Of a DNA stretch of 64,000 nt, positions 26,573-36,333 are shown piece after piece (the first letter of the stretch is position 1; every line of letters begins with the position of its first letter). This stretch comes from Enterobacter phage EC152. Position numbers and translations under genes: made by a program. The stretch lies in sequence record PP681140.1; one strand, 5' to 3'. The notes beneath the pieces are model-generated. The model was not told the origin of the DNA. It did no database searches and was given only the letters and a program-made list of their open reading frames with translations.

Positions 26573-26790
26573 TTCTTTCTCCTTACAATTACAAAGTCTT
26601 CATCGCAGAGGGCGGCGAGACCACCACCAACAAGGCAAACAACACCTAAAGGCCAGAACAGGATCATCATCAACCCTATTCCCACTGAAGACCCAGTGAT
26701 CTTATCGCAACAAAACCACTCCAGTGCCAGTACAACGACCATAGCCAGTATACCAATGCACAAATAAATTACCAGTTCGATAGGCATCAT
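26569..26790 (-). CDS. Membrane protein, 73 aa
   Basis: Hydrophobic. Confidence 0.5.
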   Translation of the reverse strand: MMPIELVIYLCIGILAMVVVLALEWFCCDKITGSSVGIGLMMILFWPLGVVCLVGGGLAALCDEDFVIVRRKK

Positions 26791-27104
26791 CTCTCCTTTT
26801 TAATCCAAAAATTGTTTTGTACAGCCCAGAAAATCGCACCACCTACCCCGGCAATCGCCAGGATGAATGTTACAACGGGTGCAGCCACTAAAATTAAAAC
26901 CGAGCTTATTGGGAAAAGCAGGGTCATTAAGGTTATCGCTAGGACGGGCCAGAAATAATCCTCCCAGCTATCGAAACTCTTAGGATGAAAGAATTTACCT
27001 ATCAATCCAGAAGAGACCAGCAACACAGCAAGGGTTATCCACCAGAACCACTCATCTAGGAAAAAGATGTATGGTCTGACGATCTCATTCATCCACCAAA
27101 TCAT
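26787..27104 (-). CDS. Membrane protein, 105 aa
   Basis: Three transmembrane segments. Confidence 0.55.
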   Translation of the reverse strand: MIWWMNEIVRPYIFFLDEWFWWITLAVLLVSSGLIGKFFHPKSFDSWEDYFWPVLAITLMTLLFPISSVLILVAAPVVTFILAIAGVGGAIFWAVQNNFWIKKER

Positions 27105-27113
27105 AATTTCTCC

Positions 27114-27368
27114 TTATTTAAAGAATTGTGTGAACTTGTACATCGCGCTGCGATAAGAGGGGTGCAGTTTGTAGTTGCACCCTTTGTCAATGCACCAATC
27201 GCTTGCCTTGTTTCTCAAGGCGACGAGACCGCACCATGCACAGACTTGCTTCCCTGCGTGTTTGTCTGCATAGAAATGGTGTTTCTCGTATGTGTACTCT
27301 TCCTTGTCGGACTTCTTCATACGATCACCACTTGATTTCTCTTTGCGTGATCTTGCGGATAGCGTCAA
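27114..27368 (-). CDS. Zinc-finger protein, 84 aa
   Basis: CAWCG...CIDKGCNYKLHP. Confidence 0.5.
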   Translation of the reverse strand: MTLSARSRKEKSSGDRMKKSDKEEYTYEKHHFYADKHAGKQVCAWCGLVALRNKASDWCIDKGCNYKLHPSYRSAMYKFTQFFK

Positions 27369-28578
27369 TACGCGCTACACGAATAGCTTCACCGATCTCG
27401 ATGCCGCTCTTACCTTTCTCAAGGCATTCCGCAGAGATTACTTTGGTGTCAACTGCCTTCATGCAACGGAAAGCATCCATCAGTACATAACCCTGTGGGT
27501 ATGGCTCTGCCATTTTGGTTGGACCACGACCCTTTGCATCACAGAAACACGCATCAGCCAGAGCAGCAACTTTCATAGCGGTTTTCGCGCTTGTCACGTT
27601 GCCTGCGGCTTCAAACAGCTTCATGAGTGATCGAGGTTTTGCACCTTTGTTGCCGCCACGAGGAGCAATGCAGTGTACACGCGTGTGGTGCTCAGTTACG
27701 TACAGAGCTACATCACGGAAGTCGTTAGGCACACGGATGCGCCCACACAACTCACGTACTGGCTCAAGGCCTTCTTCTTCGTGACCGATCAGATTACCAT
27801 ACTTACGGAAAGTCAGAGCCTTACCGAAGTCGTGACACAGAACAGCGAACTTGGTGTATGGATTTGCCTCATAAATGTCTGCCACATCAAGACACAGCAG
27901 TGTATGAACGAAAGCATCCCCTTCCGGGTGGTGTTCCGGTGGTTGTGCTACACCACGAAGGGCATCCAGTTCTGGCAACTCACCAAGCTCTGCCATTGCC
28001 TCGGCATAGGCCCGGAAGTTATCAGAGGCCAGAGCCTTCTCCATTTCTTTCCACTTGCGCTCACCGCTGATGTGTGACAGGCCATAACGGTTATTGAAGC
28101 ACAGGGCTTTAGTATCAGCATGGATTTCCCACCCTTTACCCAATTGGGCCTTAAAGCGGTAGACACGCAGGATACGCAGCGGATCGTCAAGGAATGCCAG
28201 CGTTGTATGACGCAGGATTTTCTTTTCGATATCGTACTGACCACCAAACGGGTCAATGATCTCACCTGTCTCAAGGTCTTGAGCCATAGCGTTAATCGTC
28301 AGATCACGACGAGACAGATCCTCAACCAATGTTACATCGGGGCTGAAGAATGTCTCGAAGTCGGTATGACCGTTCCCCGTCTTACGCTCAGTACGGGCCA
28401 GAGCATACTCTTCGTTGGTTTCAGGATGCAGGTATACTGGAAAAGCAGCGCCAACCTGGGTGAAACCTTTATTGATCATTTCTTCGTGCGTTGCACCCAC
28501 AACCACGTAGTCACGGTCATGAACTTCACGACCAAGCAAACCATCACGCACAGCGCCACCTACCAGATATACCTTCAT
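27325..28578 (-). CDS. cca: tRNA nucleotidyltransferase (CCA-adding enzyme) with HD domain
   Basis: N-terminal Pol-beta NTase (GGAVRD...DxD) and an HD motif HHPEGDAFVHT, as in class II CCA enzymes. Confidence 0.85.
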   Translation of the reverse strand: MKVYLVGGAVRDGLLGREVHDRDYVVVGATHEEMINKGFTQVGAAFPVYLHPETNEEYALARTERKTGNGHTDFETFFSPDVTLVEDLSRRDLTINAMAQDLETGEIIDPFGGQYDIEKKILRHTTLAFLDDPLRILRVYRFKAQLGKGWEIHADTKALCFNNRYGLSHISGERKWKEMEKALASDNFRAYAEAMAELGELPELDALRGVAQPPEHHPEGDAFVHTLLCLDVADIYEANPYTKFAVLCHDFGKALTFRKYGNLIGHEEEGLEPVRELCGRIRVPNDFRDVALYVTEHHTRVHCIAPRGGNKGAKPRSLMKLFEAAGNVTSAKTAMKVAALADACFCDAKGRGPTKMAEPYPQGYVLMDAFRCMKAVDTKVISAECLEKGKSGIEIGEAIRVARIDAIRKITQREIKW

Positions 28579-28587
28579 TCCTTTCTC

Positions 28588-28854
28588 CTATACGTTGTTT
28601 GTGTTGATGAAGTTTATACCGTTCTTCTTCAACAAGTCAACCCTTAATTCAGATTCGAGTCGTTTATATTCACGACAGATCTTTTTATGGGTGTCTTCGT
28701 GCTCTTTTAGCTCTGAAAATGGCTTCACGCAAAGCACATTGCGGTGGTGATAAGCACCACATGCCGTTTTGACATCAAAGTTCTCCTGGAGGTCCCCCTC
28801 AAGAACGATGTAGTACGGATACATGTCGTAACGGATGAAAGCGGTCACTTTCAT
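28588..28854 (-). CDS. Hypothetical protein, 88 aa
   Basis: ORF on the minus strand. Confidence 0.5.
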   Translation of the reverse strand: MKVTAFIRYDMYPYYIVLEGDLQENFDVKTACGAYHHRNVLCVKPFSELKEHEDTHKKICREYKRLESELRVDLLKKNGINFINTNNV

Positions 28855-29159
28855 TCTGTGATCCCCAGTTCCTCTGTGGTGTATACATCATTACCTTGGT
28901 AAAGTGCGCCATCAATACCGACTACAAATGTACGATCCACGATCTGCCCGAAGCTTGAAGTTCTGGACTGACCACCGATGGTTAAGTAAACATCCCGAAT
29001 GGTGCGTGAAGTACCACAAAACGTGCCGCCAGCATACACAGATATCTCTGTTCCGGCAGGAATTGCCACGATAGTAGTAACTGTCTGGCCCACGGTAGAT
29101 GGCGTACCCATATTTTCATGGCACTGATCTTTTACAACGGTATAAGTTTTATTAGTCAT
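28851..29159 (-). CDS. Hypothetical protein, 102 aa
   Basis: ATGA coupling. Confidence 0.55.
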   Translation of the reverse strand: MTNKTYTVVKDQCHENMGTPSTVGQTVTTIVAIPAGTEISVYAGGTFCGTSRTIRDVYLTIGGQSRTSSFGQIVDRTFVVGIDGALYQGNDVYTTEELGITE

Positions 29160-29400
29160 TGTATTTCTCCTGTTTAGGTTCTGTTAGTACGAATTCGCCA
29201 CAACAGCCACATTCGTATTCATTCATACTACGACCGTTATCGGTCCAGTCATTTGCCCCACATGTGCAGAGAACAATCAAGGGCTTTTCGTAATCATCAC
29301 GAACAGTTACCCAAGGTTTGTTTCCCACAGAGAACCCTGCGAGCGGTTGTTTGTAGGTCCCACCCCAGTATGCTCTATACTTGATGGAGACCCCACTCAT
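29152..29400 (-). CDS. Zinc-binding protein, 82 aa
   Basis: CTCG...CGCCGE. Confidence 0.5.
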   Translation of the reverse strand: MSGVSIKYRAYWGGTYKQPLAGFSVGNKPWVTVRDDYEKPLIVLCTCGANDWTDNGRSMNEYECGCCGEFVLTEPKQEKYND

Positions 29401-29538
29401 TTTCTTTTCTCCCCGTGTACTTCACGGAACTCTTCAACAAGAAGCTCCCAACGGGCATCCCACGCACAGCGAGCAACACTGCGAGTTATGGGGTCTGTCA
29501 CATGCGGGAAGTTCTCATTGAACCACGCTTCAAATTTT

Positions 29539-29928
29539 TCATCGATCAAGGCCGTACTCCCTTTGCAGTTTCCACTCAGCATCGTTCATGTACATTGTAC
29601 GAACGTGTTTACGCAGTCCATCGAAATCACAGCACGGTGTTTCGTTGTTCTCTTCATACTTATCCCGTGCAAGGCTTGCAAGGATCTCAACATCCTGTCC
29701 AAGTGGGTCATAGCCCAAAGCATGTTTACGGAACATGAACACATAACGACCTTGGTCGTCCTCTACCTCATCTGCCATTTCAGGCAGGGTGTCAGCACGT
29801 TCTTGCCAGTAGTTGTACAGCTTTACAGCATCTTCTGGAGACTTCAGCCCGAAAGACAGGTCTTCATTCTGCCAGCCCAACCAGTCAGCAATCGCCAACA
29901 GCTTTTCACGAGCATTGAGTTCACTCAT
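29539..29928 (-). CDS. Hypothetical protein, 129 aa
   Basis: ORF on the minus strand. Confidence 0.55.
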   Translation of the reverse strand: MSELNAREKLLAIADWLGWQNEDLSFGLKSPEDAVKLYNYWQERADTLPEMADEVEDDQGRYVFMFRKHALGYDPLGQDVEILASLARDKYEENNETPCCDFDGLRKHVRTMYMNDAEWKLQREYGLDR

Positions 29929-30158
29929 TCCGCTTCCTCCGGGTTGTAGCAGATTGCCAAGTAATCTACGCGATAAAGATCACGGAGTTGTTCAGAGAAT
30001 TGCTCATTACCGAACTCGTGGGTCCACACAGGACGACCAAGACGTTTCTCAACATCCTCGTGAAACAGGCCGAACTCACAAGCGGTGTAGCCTGTGTATC
30101 CAGTGATGATGATTGCTTGCTCTTTGGTAAGACGTTTTGACATTATTCTTTCTCCCAT
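29925..30158 (-). CDS. Hypothetical protein, 77 aa
   Basis: ATGA coupling. Confidence 0.5.
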   Translation of the reverse strand: MGERIMSKRLTKEQAIIITGYTGYTACEFGLFHEDVEKRLGRPVWTHEFGNEQFSEQLRDLYRVDYLAICYNPEEAE

Positions 30159-30469
30159 TTATTCATGTAGTTAACAAGGTCTTTTACTGACCGTTTGCCG
30201 TCAAGAGGGTAAACCATATCACTCTCCATCCCACCGTGTGTCAGCATCTTTACTAAACGAGTATACACATGCTCAGGACGATTGCAACGTCTAATTTTCC
30301 ATTCCTTTCCGTCAGGTGAATATTCTTTCTCTTCGGTGGAGATATGGATCAAGTCGCCCATGTACTCTTTGAAGCGAATGCTCTCCAGTGGTCGATAGTA
30401 TATGAAAAATTTCATGTGTTCTCCTTTGTTGAGTAGAGAATAATGGCTCACCAAACCGAAGTCAAGCAC
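30143..30469 (-). CDS. Hypothetical protein, 108 aa
   Basis: ORF on the minus strand. Confidence 0.55.
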   Translation of the reverse strand: MLDFGLVSHYSLLNKGEHMKFFIYYRPLESIRFKEYMGDLIHISTEEKEYSPDGKEWKIRRCNRPEHVYTRLVKMLTHGGMESDMVYPLDGKRSVKDLVNYMNKWEKE

Positions 30470-30470
30470 A

Positions 30471-30499
30471 AAAACGAAAAAACCCGCCGGAGCGGGTTA
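30471..30499 (-). terminator. Rho-independent terminator (AACCCGCTCCGGCGGGTT followed by a T-run on the minus strand)
   Basis: Hairpin plus T-run. Confidence 0.7.
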
Positions 30500-30614
30500 A
30501 TTTTACCAGGTAACGAAAAAGTTTATTGAAGTACCTTGCACTGTCGGTTGGTAGCTGATGATGTCAACTGTGAAACCTCCATTACGAAGATCCCCAACAA
30601 TATGAGGCAGGTAA

Positions 30615-31295
30615 TCACTCATCTCCACCGGGAAGTCCATTGAGAGTCCCATCCCGAACATCCCCTTCCTTGCACACTGAGCTATCCCGCTCACTATCTG
30701 GTCGAAGATGTCTTTCATTTCTGGCGGCGTTTGCTTTTCTGCGTTGTTTGCGATCTCTCGCATCTTGTTTGCGACACTCATCGCTCTGTCCCTCCAGGAA
30801 GTAAAATGGTTCTAGGTTCAGTCTGTTCTTCTTGTCCCAGACAAAATAGGCGTAACCTGAACCGTCTGTCTTACCGTCATCTGTGAATGAAGGTCTCTGA
30901 GATAAGACCATCAAGCTGGTTGGCTTATTGCTCTGCCACCATTCATTTCTTGTCTGACTTTCCAGAAAACCAAGACGAAGTAACATAATCACAACATCAG
31001 CATCTTCAAGAGCCTTGGCAACGAATGCCTGAGCTAAAGAATATGGTGGGTTTGTGATGATGCAGTCAACATGGTTGTACTCGGTATTTAGATAATCCAC
31101 ACCATGACGAATCTCACCCCAAGCAGAGCCAATCGGCATATGGTTGTAGAATCTACCAGACGCTCTACAAGGCTCTAAATATTTCCAGTGTGGGTTGATA
31201 GGGATAACATCCAAAAGGGCCGTCACAGCCCATTCTGGTGTCTCATATACGTCATAATCCCTACGTTCTCCCTTCTTCTTCAAAGGCGCAGACAT
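30615..31295 (-). CDS. DNA N6-adenine methyltransferase
   Basis: Catalytic motif IV DCIITNPPY. Confidence 0.8.
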   Translation of the reverse strand: MSAPLKKKGERRDYDVYETPEWAVTALLDVIPINPHWKYLEPCRASGRFYNHMPIGSAWGEIRHGVDYLNTEYNHVDCIITNPPYSLAQAFVAKALEDADVVIMLLRLGFLESQTRNEWWQSNKPTSLMVLSQRPSFTDDGKTDGSGYAYFVWDKKNRLNLEPFYFLEGQSDECRKQDARDRKQRRKANAARNERHLRPDSERDSSVCKEGDVRDGTLNGLPGGDE

Positions 31296-32254
31296 TAGTT
31301 CCCCATTCTCTCCAGTACGTCAGCCATAATCTCTTCTGAAGCTGCCAGAATAGCATCAATCAGTTCTTGACGATTACGAACGTTGACAACCAGAGGGTCT
31401 TCTGCTCCGATAGCCATTGCACCAATCTGGGAGTAGATGGTTTGCAGTTCTGCCACGTTGAACGGGTCGAAGTCCTTCGCCTGGAGTGTCGATACGTCGA
31501 ATTTGAATACCTCTCCTTCAACTTCGATTTTCAGGAAGATGCTCTCCGGGGTTCCTTCCGGAAGATTATCCAGATCAACATTCTCAATCACAGTCTTGTC
31601 TTTCGGCTCCTTCGCCTTCTCACCGGAGATGATTGGGCGTTGGCCTTCCTGCATACGCTTGATGTTTCGCTCATCCAGCAGAACTGCCGGGGTGCGTTTC
31701 ACGATCTCTACCTCGTCCATCCAGACCTGTCCACCGCCTTTGATTGTAGCGATCTCCGTTTCTGTCAGGACACCACTGTAGAAGGTATCGATCAGACGAT
31801 CAAAATAGTGCTTCTCAAAGGCAATCTGTGCGTACATGTTTGCACCATCACCATATGTCCCGCCCTGATAGTTGTGGAACATAAACTCTGTCAGCGGGGA
31901 CACTGTACGATCCTTACAAGCCAGCCACAGAACAGTACCAGCAGAGCAGACATTACCCTCTGCGTGTGTCACGATAGACGCCTGGCTTTCGCGAATGGCG
32001 CTTACGTAGGCCATAGCGATGGAAACTACACCACCAGGGCTGTTAATTACCACACGAATAGTGTCATCAGGGGATGCCTGACGGATTACCTGCAAACGGT
32101 CCTGATGGTCTTCCAGCCATGACAGGTCATCAATATAAATGACGTGATCGTGAGAGTGAACAGGGTAGCTGTAGATATTCCCGTGCATACCCGGCATCAT
32201 ACCGAAAAAGTTCTTGTTCTGTTCCATATTAATCCTCCTCACGAGCGTTTGCAA
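31295..32254 (-). CDS. ClpP-family serine protease homolog with a roughly 120-aa C-terminal extension
   Basis: SPGGVVSIAMAYVSAI...EGNVCSAGTVL matches the ClpP core (SPGGSV...GQAASMG). Confidence 0.7.
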   Translation of the reverse strand: MQTLVRRINMEQNKNFFGMMPGMHGNIYSYPVHSHDHVIYIDDLSWLEDHQDRLQVIRQASPDDTIRVVINSPGGVVSIAMAYVSAIRESQASIVTHAEGNVCSAGTVLWLACKDRTVSPLTEFMFHNYQGGTYGDGANMYAQIAFEKHYFDRLIDTFYSGVLTETEIATIKGGGQVWMDEVEIVKRTPAVLLDERNIKRMQEGQRPIISGEKAKEPKDKTVIENVDLDNLPEGTPESIFLKIEVEGEVFKFDVSTLQAKDFDPFNVAELQTIYSQIGAMAIGAEDPLVVNVRNRQELIDAILAASEEIMADVLERMGN

Positions 32255-32711
32255 TATAGCCTTTCAGAATGTAAGCATTCTTCATCAGCCAGTCGATGTA
32301 ATACCCTGTTTCGTCATCGACAAGTACCTGGTCGCTGTACTTGAATGTCACGAGAACTTTTCTCGCCCTTTCAGAGGCTACTGCTGCGGTGTGCAGCATT
32401 GTGAACTTGTCAAGCTCTTCCTTCTCGACAGTCACGTACTTGGATTTACCATCCAGGTAGATCAGGTGATTCAGCAAATCACGACGATCCGGGAACATCC
32501 ACCGGGCATCGCGTTCTGCTGCGGCAGTGTTATAAATCATTCGGGTAAAGAACCCGTCATTCATCTCATACAGAGACTGCGCCACAACCTTACGATAAAA
32601 ATTGAAGAGGCTTTCCGCTTCAGCATCAAACAGCCCCGGAGAAACTACCCCACAATTCTTCAACTCCATCAGTTTTCGATGGGAGATAACCCCATGAATA
32701 CTAACCGTCAT
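32229..32711 (-). CDS. Hypothetical protein, 160 aa
   Basis: ORF on the minus strand. Confidence 0.55.
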   Translation of the reverse strand: MTVSIHGVISHRKLMELKNCGVVSPGLFDAEAESLFNFYRKVVAQSLYEMNDGFFTRMIYNTAAAERDARWMFPDRRDLLNHLIYLDGKSKYVTVEKEELDKFTMLHTAAVASERARKVLVTFKYSDQVLVDDETGYYIDWLMKNAYILKGYIANAREED

Positions 32712-32718
32712 ACTCCTC

Positions 32719-33042
32719 CTATCGAGCTATCAGATATTTCACTTCCCCGTCATCCCCACGGTAACCGGAATCGACCACATGATAAGGCCCAAAATTGTCC
32801 AATCTCACGATATCACCCACCACAAGGGTCTTCCTTGACTCATATTCCAAGGATTCGGTGAGATGTTTGAACTGATCCGTATCATCTGTGGTGCAGACAT
32901 ATCGGATTTCACCATTGTTTTCAGTGACATAAATCCGTTTGCCTGTCTTTTTAGCCAGAACCCAGCCCTTTTTGTCATATTTTACAAGACAATAGGACTG
33001 ATTCAGCTTATCTCTAAACCTGGACACCTCGTTTCCTCTCAA
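32719..33042 (-). CDS. Hypothetical protein, 107 aa
   Basis: ORF on the minus strand. Confidence 0.55.
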   Translation of the reverse strand: MRGNEVSRFRDKLNQSYCLVKYDKKGWVLAKKTGKRIYVTENNGEIRYVCTTDDTDQFKHLTESLEYESRKTLVVGDIVRLDNFGPYHVVDSGYRGDDGEVKYLIAR

Positions 33043-33649
33043 GATTAGTCAGGAACTGCTCAAGCAAGGCCAAGCGCTCCGGAGTGTTTAGGTTAAGCGT
33101 TCTCACGCCATACTTTTTGGCGAGGTTAACCGCTGTAGCGGTGCCACCTTTCGGATTTCCATGCTTATCCTCGGATGCATAATACAAACAGAAGGCAGAA
33201 GGACGCGGCTCAAGGACATTTGCACCCAAAACCTGATGCACATTACGAGAGTGGAGTGCAAAAGCACCACGCTTCTTCTTAAGCGCTTCGAAATTAGGAT
33301 GAATTTCCTCTACCAATGAGTCTCTTACCACTTTTTGTTCAGGCATTAGGTAGTCAACATAACTTAAAGGATAATCCCAATAATCCCAGAGCTTATCATT
33401 GTCTGTTGCAAACCCGTCCCAAGGTATGTAAATCTCTGCCAAGCGTGTACGATACTCTTCTTGTTTTCCATTGTCAAGAGATTCGTAGTATTTTTGCATT
33501 CCTACCTGAAATGCTTCATCTGCACCCCCGGCTTTGCCACTTCTCAGCGTGAATCCAAGTCTTGCTAATCGGAAAGCAGCGTCTTCCATGACGCTGATAA
33601 CCTCTGGGGGTGTTTCGCGAGATCCTACCCCAGTGTAATATGCCATAAT
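33014..33649 (-). CDS. DprA/SLOG-like Rossmann-fold protein, about 211 aa
   Basis: YTGVGSRETP...LRSGKAGGADEAF and GGTATAVNLAKKYGVRTLNL resemble DprA/Smf-type nucleotide and ssDNA-binding Rossmann domains; start trimmed to MAYYTG to avoid overlap with phoH. Confidence 0.45.
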   Translation of the reverse strand: MMAYYTGVGSRETPPEVISVMEDAAFRLARLGFTLRSGKAGGADEAFQVGMQKYYESLDNGKQEEYRTRLAEIYIPWDGFATDNDKLWDYWDYPLSYVDYLMPEQKVVRDSLVEEIHPNFEALKKKRGAFALHSRNVHQVLGANVLEPRPSAFCLYYASEDKHGNPKGGTATAVNLAKKYGVRTLNLNTPERLALLEQFLTNLERKRGVQV

Positions 33650-33656
33650 CCTCCTG

Positions 33657-34457
33657 TTAAGAAGCCATCGGGGTATAGCGCTTCTCTTCGCGGTCAGCCA
33701 TGAGGCCAAGAGCGATGTCGCGAACCATACCACCACGAACGATATCCTCATTCGGGTCATCAAAGGAAACAGATCCCACACCTGCAAGATTGTGACGCTG
33801 GGTGAACTCGATTAACCATTCAAGACCAGACTGACCATGAATGTCTTTCTGACTTGCGTCGCCCATAACCACGAGCGTACAGTTATCAGAAATACGAGTG
33901 ATGATACTCAGCATCTCTTCCGGGGTGCTCTGCTGCGCTTCGTCGATCAGCAGGAAGCTCTTTTCGTCGAATGAACGACCACGGATGCTTTCCAGTTCCT
34001 GAACTTCAATACGCCCATTCAAGCCGTCCTTCAGGGCATTGTAGTAAGCCCCATCACCCATACGTTTACGGATGGTGTCCAGCATATTTCGGACGTAAGG
34101 GAACAGCTTTTCCAGTGAAGTACCCGGTTTGAAGCCGGAGGTTTTACCCGTCTGCACGTATGGACGAGCGACAATGATCTTGTCGAGTTCGTTTCTACGC
34201 AGCAAGTCGGCAGCATGAGCGGATGCAAGGTAGGTTTTACCTGTTCCGAAGATCCCCTTCGCGATGATAATGTTGCATGTCTGCAACTTGTGAAGGTAAT
34301 CCTGCTGCTTTTCATTCAGAGCAACTAGCGGTGGTGCGCTTTTTCGTTCCTCATCGAATTTCGGGTGGTGCTTTGCCTGACTAGCGGCCTGACGTTCAGC
34401 ACGTTGCTGTTGACGGGCGCTCAGTTTTGTTGCACGAGCCTCTTTGCTTCTTCCCAT
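33657..34457 (-). CDS. phoH: PhoH-like ATPase
   Basis: Walker A GIFGTGKTYLA, DEAQ box and a PhoH-type C-terminal region. Confidence 0.85.
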   Translation of the reverse strand: MGRSKEARATKLSARQQQRAERQAASQAKHHPKFDEERKSAPPLVALNEKQQDYLHKLQTCNIIIAKGIFGTGKTYLASAHAADLLRRNELDKIIVARPYVQTGKTSGFKPGTSLEKLFPYVRNMLDTIRKRMGDGAYYNALKDGLNGRIEVQELESIRGRSFDEKSFLLIDEAQQSTPEEMLSIITRISDNCTLVVMGDASQKDIHGQSGLEWLIEFTQRHNLAGVGSVSFDDPNEDIVRGGMVRDIALGLMADREEKRYTPMAS

Positions 34458-34468
34458 ATTGGTTCTCC

Positions 34469-35023
34469 TTACGAGGTTAGAACAGATTTTGCCTTTTTGT
34501 AATAGGCTGTGCGCTCGGCTAGGTGGTTTGTGCCACCGTTTACCAGCTTGGTAATCTTAACGATATCATCAGCATCGCAAGCGGCGTTGATGTTTCTCAT
34601 GTCCCAATACCAACCAGCGCTGGCAACTGCATACTTAGGCTGTTCAAGCAGTTCTGGGTGATTAACGAGGTCTAAACCAAGTGCCTTTCCGCAAGCTTTG
34701 TAGTTTGCAAGTCCGGTAACCTGAATCAGGCCTCTCCCCTTGTACTTGGCCCCATCCCCGTCCTTCTCAGGGGTGTTTCCAAGACGCTTTGCGATAGAGC
34801 CAGTGTCATACTTATCAAAGTAGGCGTTGTTACCAAGCTCCTTAACATAACGGAACTCAGCAGATTCCACACCAACTTGTGACAGGAATCCAGCGATACG
34901 TTTGACAGTGTTGATACTGCCCTTCTCAAACAAGTCGTTCAGTGCATCAATGAACTTGGCATTTCGTCCCGCTGACGCACCTACTGGAAAAATCTTGTTG
35001 AGTTGTTCAAGCGTTAGTTTCAA
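34469..35023 (-). CDS. Endolysin, glycoside hydrolase family 19 (chitinase-like) lysozyme
   Basis: GH19 catalytic region ...YKGRGLIQVTGLANYKACG... and ...ASAGWYWD. Confidence 0.75.
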   Translation of the reverse strand: MKLTLEQLNKIFPVGASAGRNAKFIDALNDLFEKGSINTVKRIAGFLSQVGVESAEFRYVKELGNNAYFDKYDTGSIAKRLGNTPEKDGDGAKYKGRGLIQVTGLANYKACGKALGLDLVNHPELLEQPKYAVASAGWYWDMRNINAACDADDIVKITKLVNGGTNHLAERTAYYKKAKSVLTS

Positions 35024-35035
35024 AAGAAGACCTCC

Positions 35036-35467
35036 TTACGGATTAGTCTCTCCTAGTGCCTCTACAAAAGCCGTTTCAAGCTGGGCGGCAATCCCAGAGA
35101 TCTTGATGGTAATACGTTCCTGGTAGATTGCATAAGCCAATTCGTGTGGCGCAAGCGCTTCTTTCAGGAGTGCAACCATCTTATCCATAACCTTTTGCAT
35201 AACCTCTTCGGAAAGAGCCTTTTTCAGGCGAACCTGTGCGGCATTCAATTCCTTTTCGAAAGCTGGGTCTTTTGCACCAGACTTCATTTGGCGCATTGCT
35301 TCGATCTCGTATTGGGTTTGCTCACTGAACTGATTAATCAGTCGTGGGAATACAAGACCAACAAAGTCACGGGCCAGTTGCTCGTGGTCACCAAACAGAA
35401 TGGTGTCAAGCTCTGATTGCGGCATTGGCACGAACGTTTGCCCTTCTTCATTGATAACGTCAGTCAT
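35036..35467 (-). CDS. Hypothetical protein, 143 aa
   Basis: ORF on the minus strand. Confidence 0.6.
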   Translation of the reverse strand: MTDVINEEGQTFVPMPQSELDTILFGDHEQLARDFVGLVFPRLINQFSEQTQYEIEAMRQMKSGAKDPAFEKELNAAQVRLKKALSEEVMQKVMDKMVALLKEALAPHELAYAIYQERITIKISGIAAQLETAFVEALGETNP

Positions 35468-35693
35468 AGGTTACCTCAGTAGGTGCCACGGGCAGCAGCA
35501 TCGGCTACCAGTTGCAGAAGTTCGTCTTCGGTAGCACGTTTAGTCTTACGCTTCTTACCACGCAGTTCCAGTGCCAGTTCCTTTTGATATGCCTTACGCA
35601 GAGTACGTTTGCTCATTATATTCTCCTTTGTGGCCCACCAACAACATGAGGATGGGCTTAGTTAATCTTATATGGTTTTTAGACGACTGTCAA

Positions 35694-35957
35694 TCAGATG
35701 TTATGAGATTTCACAAATGCGATAAACTCATCTGCGGTCCCGATGTACCGCTCACTACCACCATCCTCCATGAACACACGGGGGACTGTGGTTGGAACAA
35801 CAGGAGCACATTTCGCTACCAGTTCTTCCTTCGTGTAGTTCTTATCGAGGGTCATGTAAAGGAAGTCAAGATCCTTTGACTTTGCGAACTCTTTCGCACG
35901 TACACAGTGGGGGCAATTGTCTTTGCCGTAGATCACAAAGGTATTTTCTTTGATGCT
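35694..35957 (-). CDS. Glutaredoxin/NrdH-like redoxin
   Basis: CPHC active site in MSIKENTFVIYGKDNCPHCVRAKEF; adjacent to nrdAB. Confidence 0.75.
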   Translation of the reverse strand, partial: SIKENTFVIYGKDNCPHCVRAKEFAKSKDLDFLYMTLDKNYTKEELVAKCAPVVPTTVPRVFMEDGGSERYIGTADEFIAFVKSHNI

Positions 35958-35961
35958 CATG

Positions 35962-36324
35962 TCAATCCTTATTTTTAAAGTAGAACACAACTTCCGGCAC
36001 TTCGTTGGTGAAGTGCAGATCGAATCCAGACAGCACACCAATATCCTCGAATCCTAGTGCATCTGCAAACTCGTTCGGGTACTGAATGCTGATAGGCATT
36101 TCATAACCGAGCAGTTGACGGAGTTTAGGGACCCAAGAAGATGTCCCGCCCAAGAAAATTTCCATCTCAAACGTGCCGTTTAGTCCACGACGCAAGGAAA
36201 TCTTACGATGCGGTAGAAATCCACTTACACGCTCCCCACCAAGAAACAGATGGAGTTTGTGTGGGTCGTAAGCCACTAAACGAAGTGGTGCCAGTGCCGG
36301 ACCACTCGGAATTATTTCTGCCAT
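35962..36324 (-). CDS. Hypothetical protein, 120 aa
   Basis: ORF between nrdB and the redoxin gene. Confidence 0.6.
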   Translation of the reverse strand: MAEIIPSGPALAPLRLVAYDPHKLHLFLGGERVSGFLPHRKISLRRGLNGTFEMEIFLGGTSSWVPKLRQLLGYEMPISIQYPNEFADALGFEDIGVLSGFDLHFTNEVPEVVFYFKNKD

Positions 36325-36333
36325 TTTTTCTCC

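Noticed and set aside
31367-32122. 251-aa plus-strand ORF antisense to the ClpP-like gene
   Set aside because: Antisense shadow ORF
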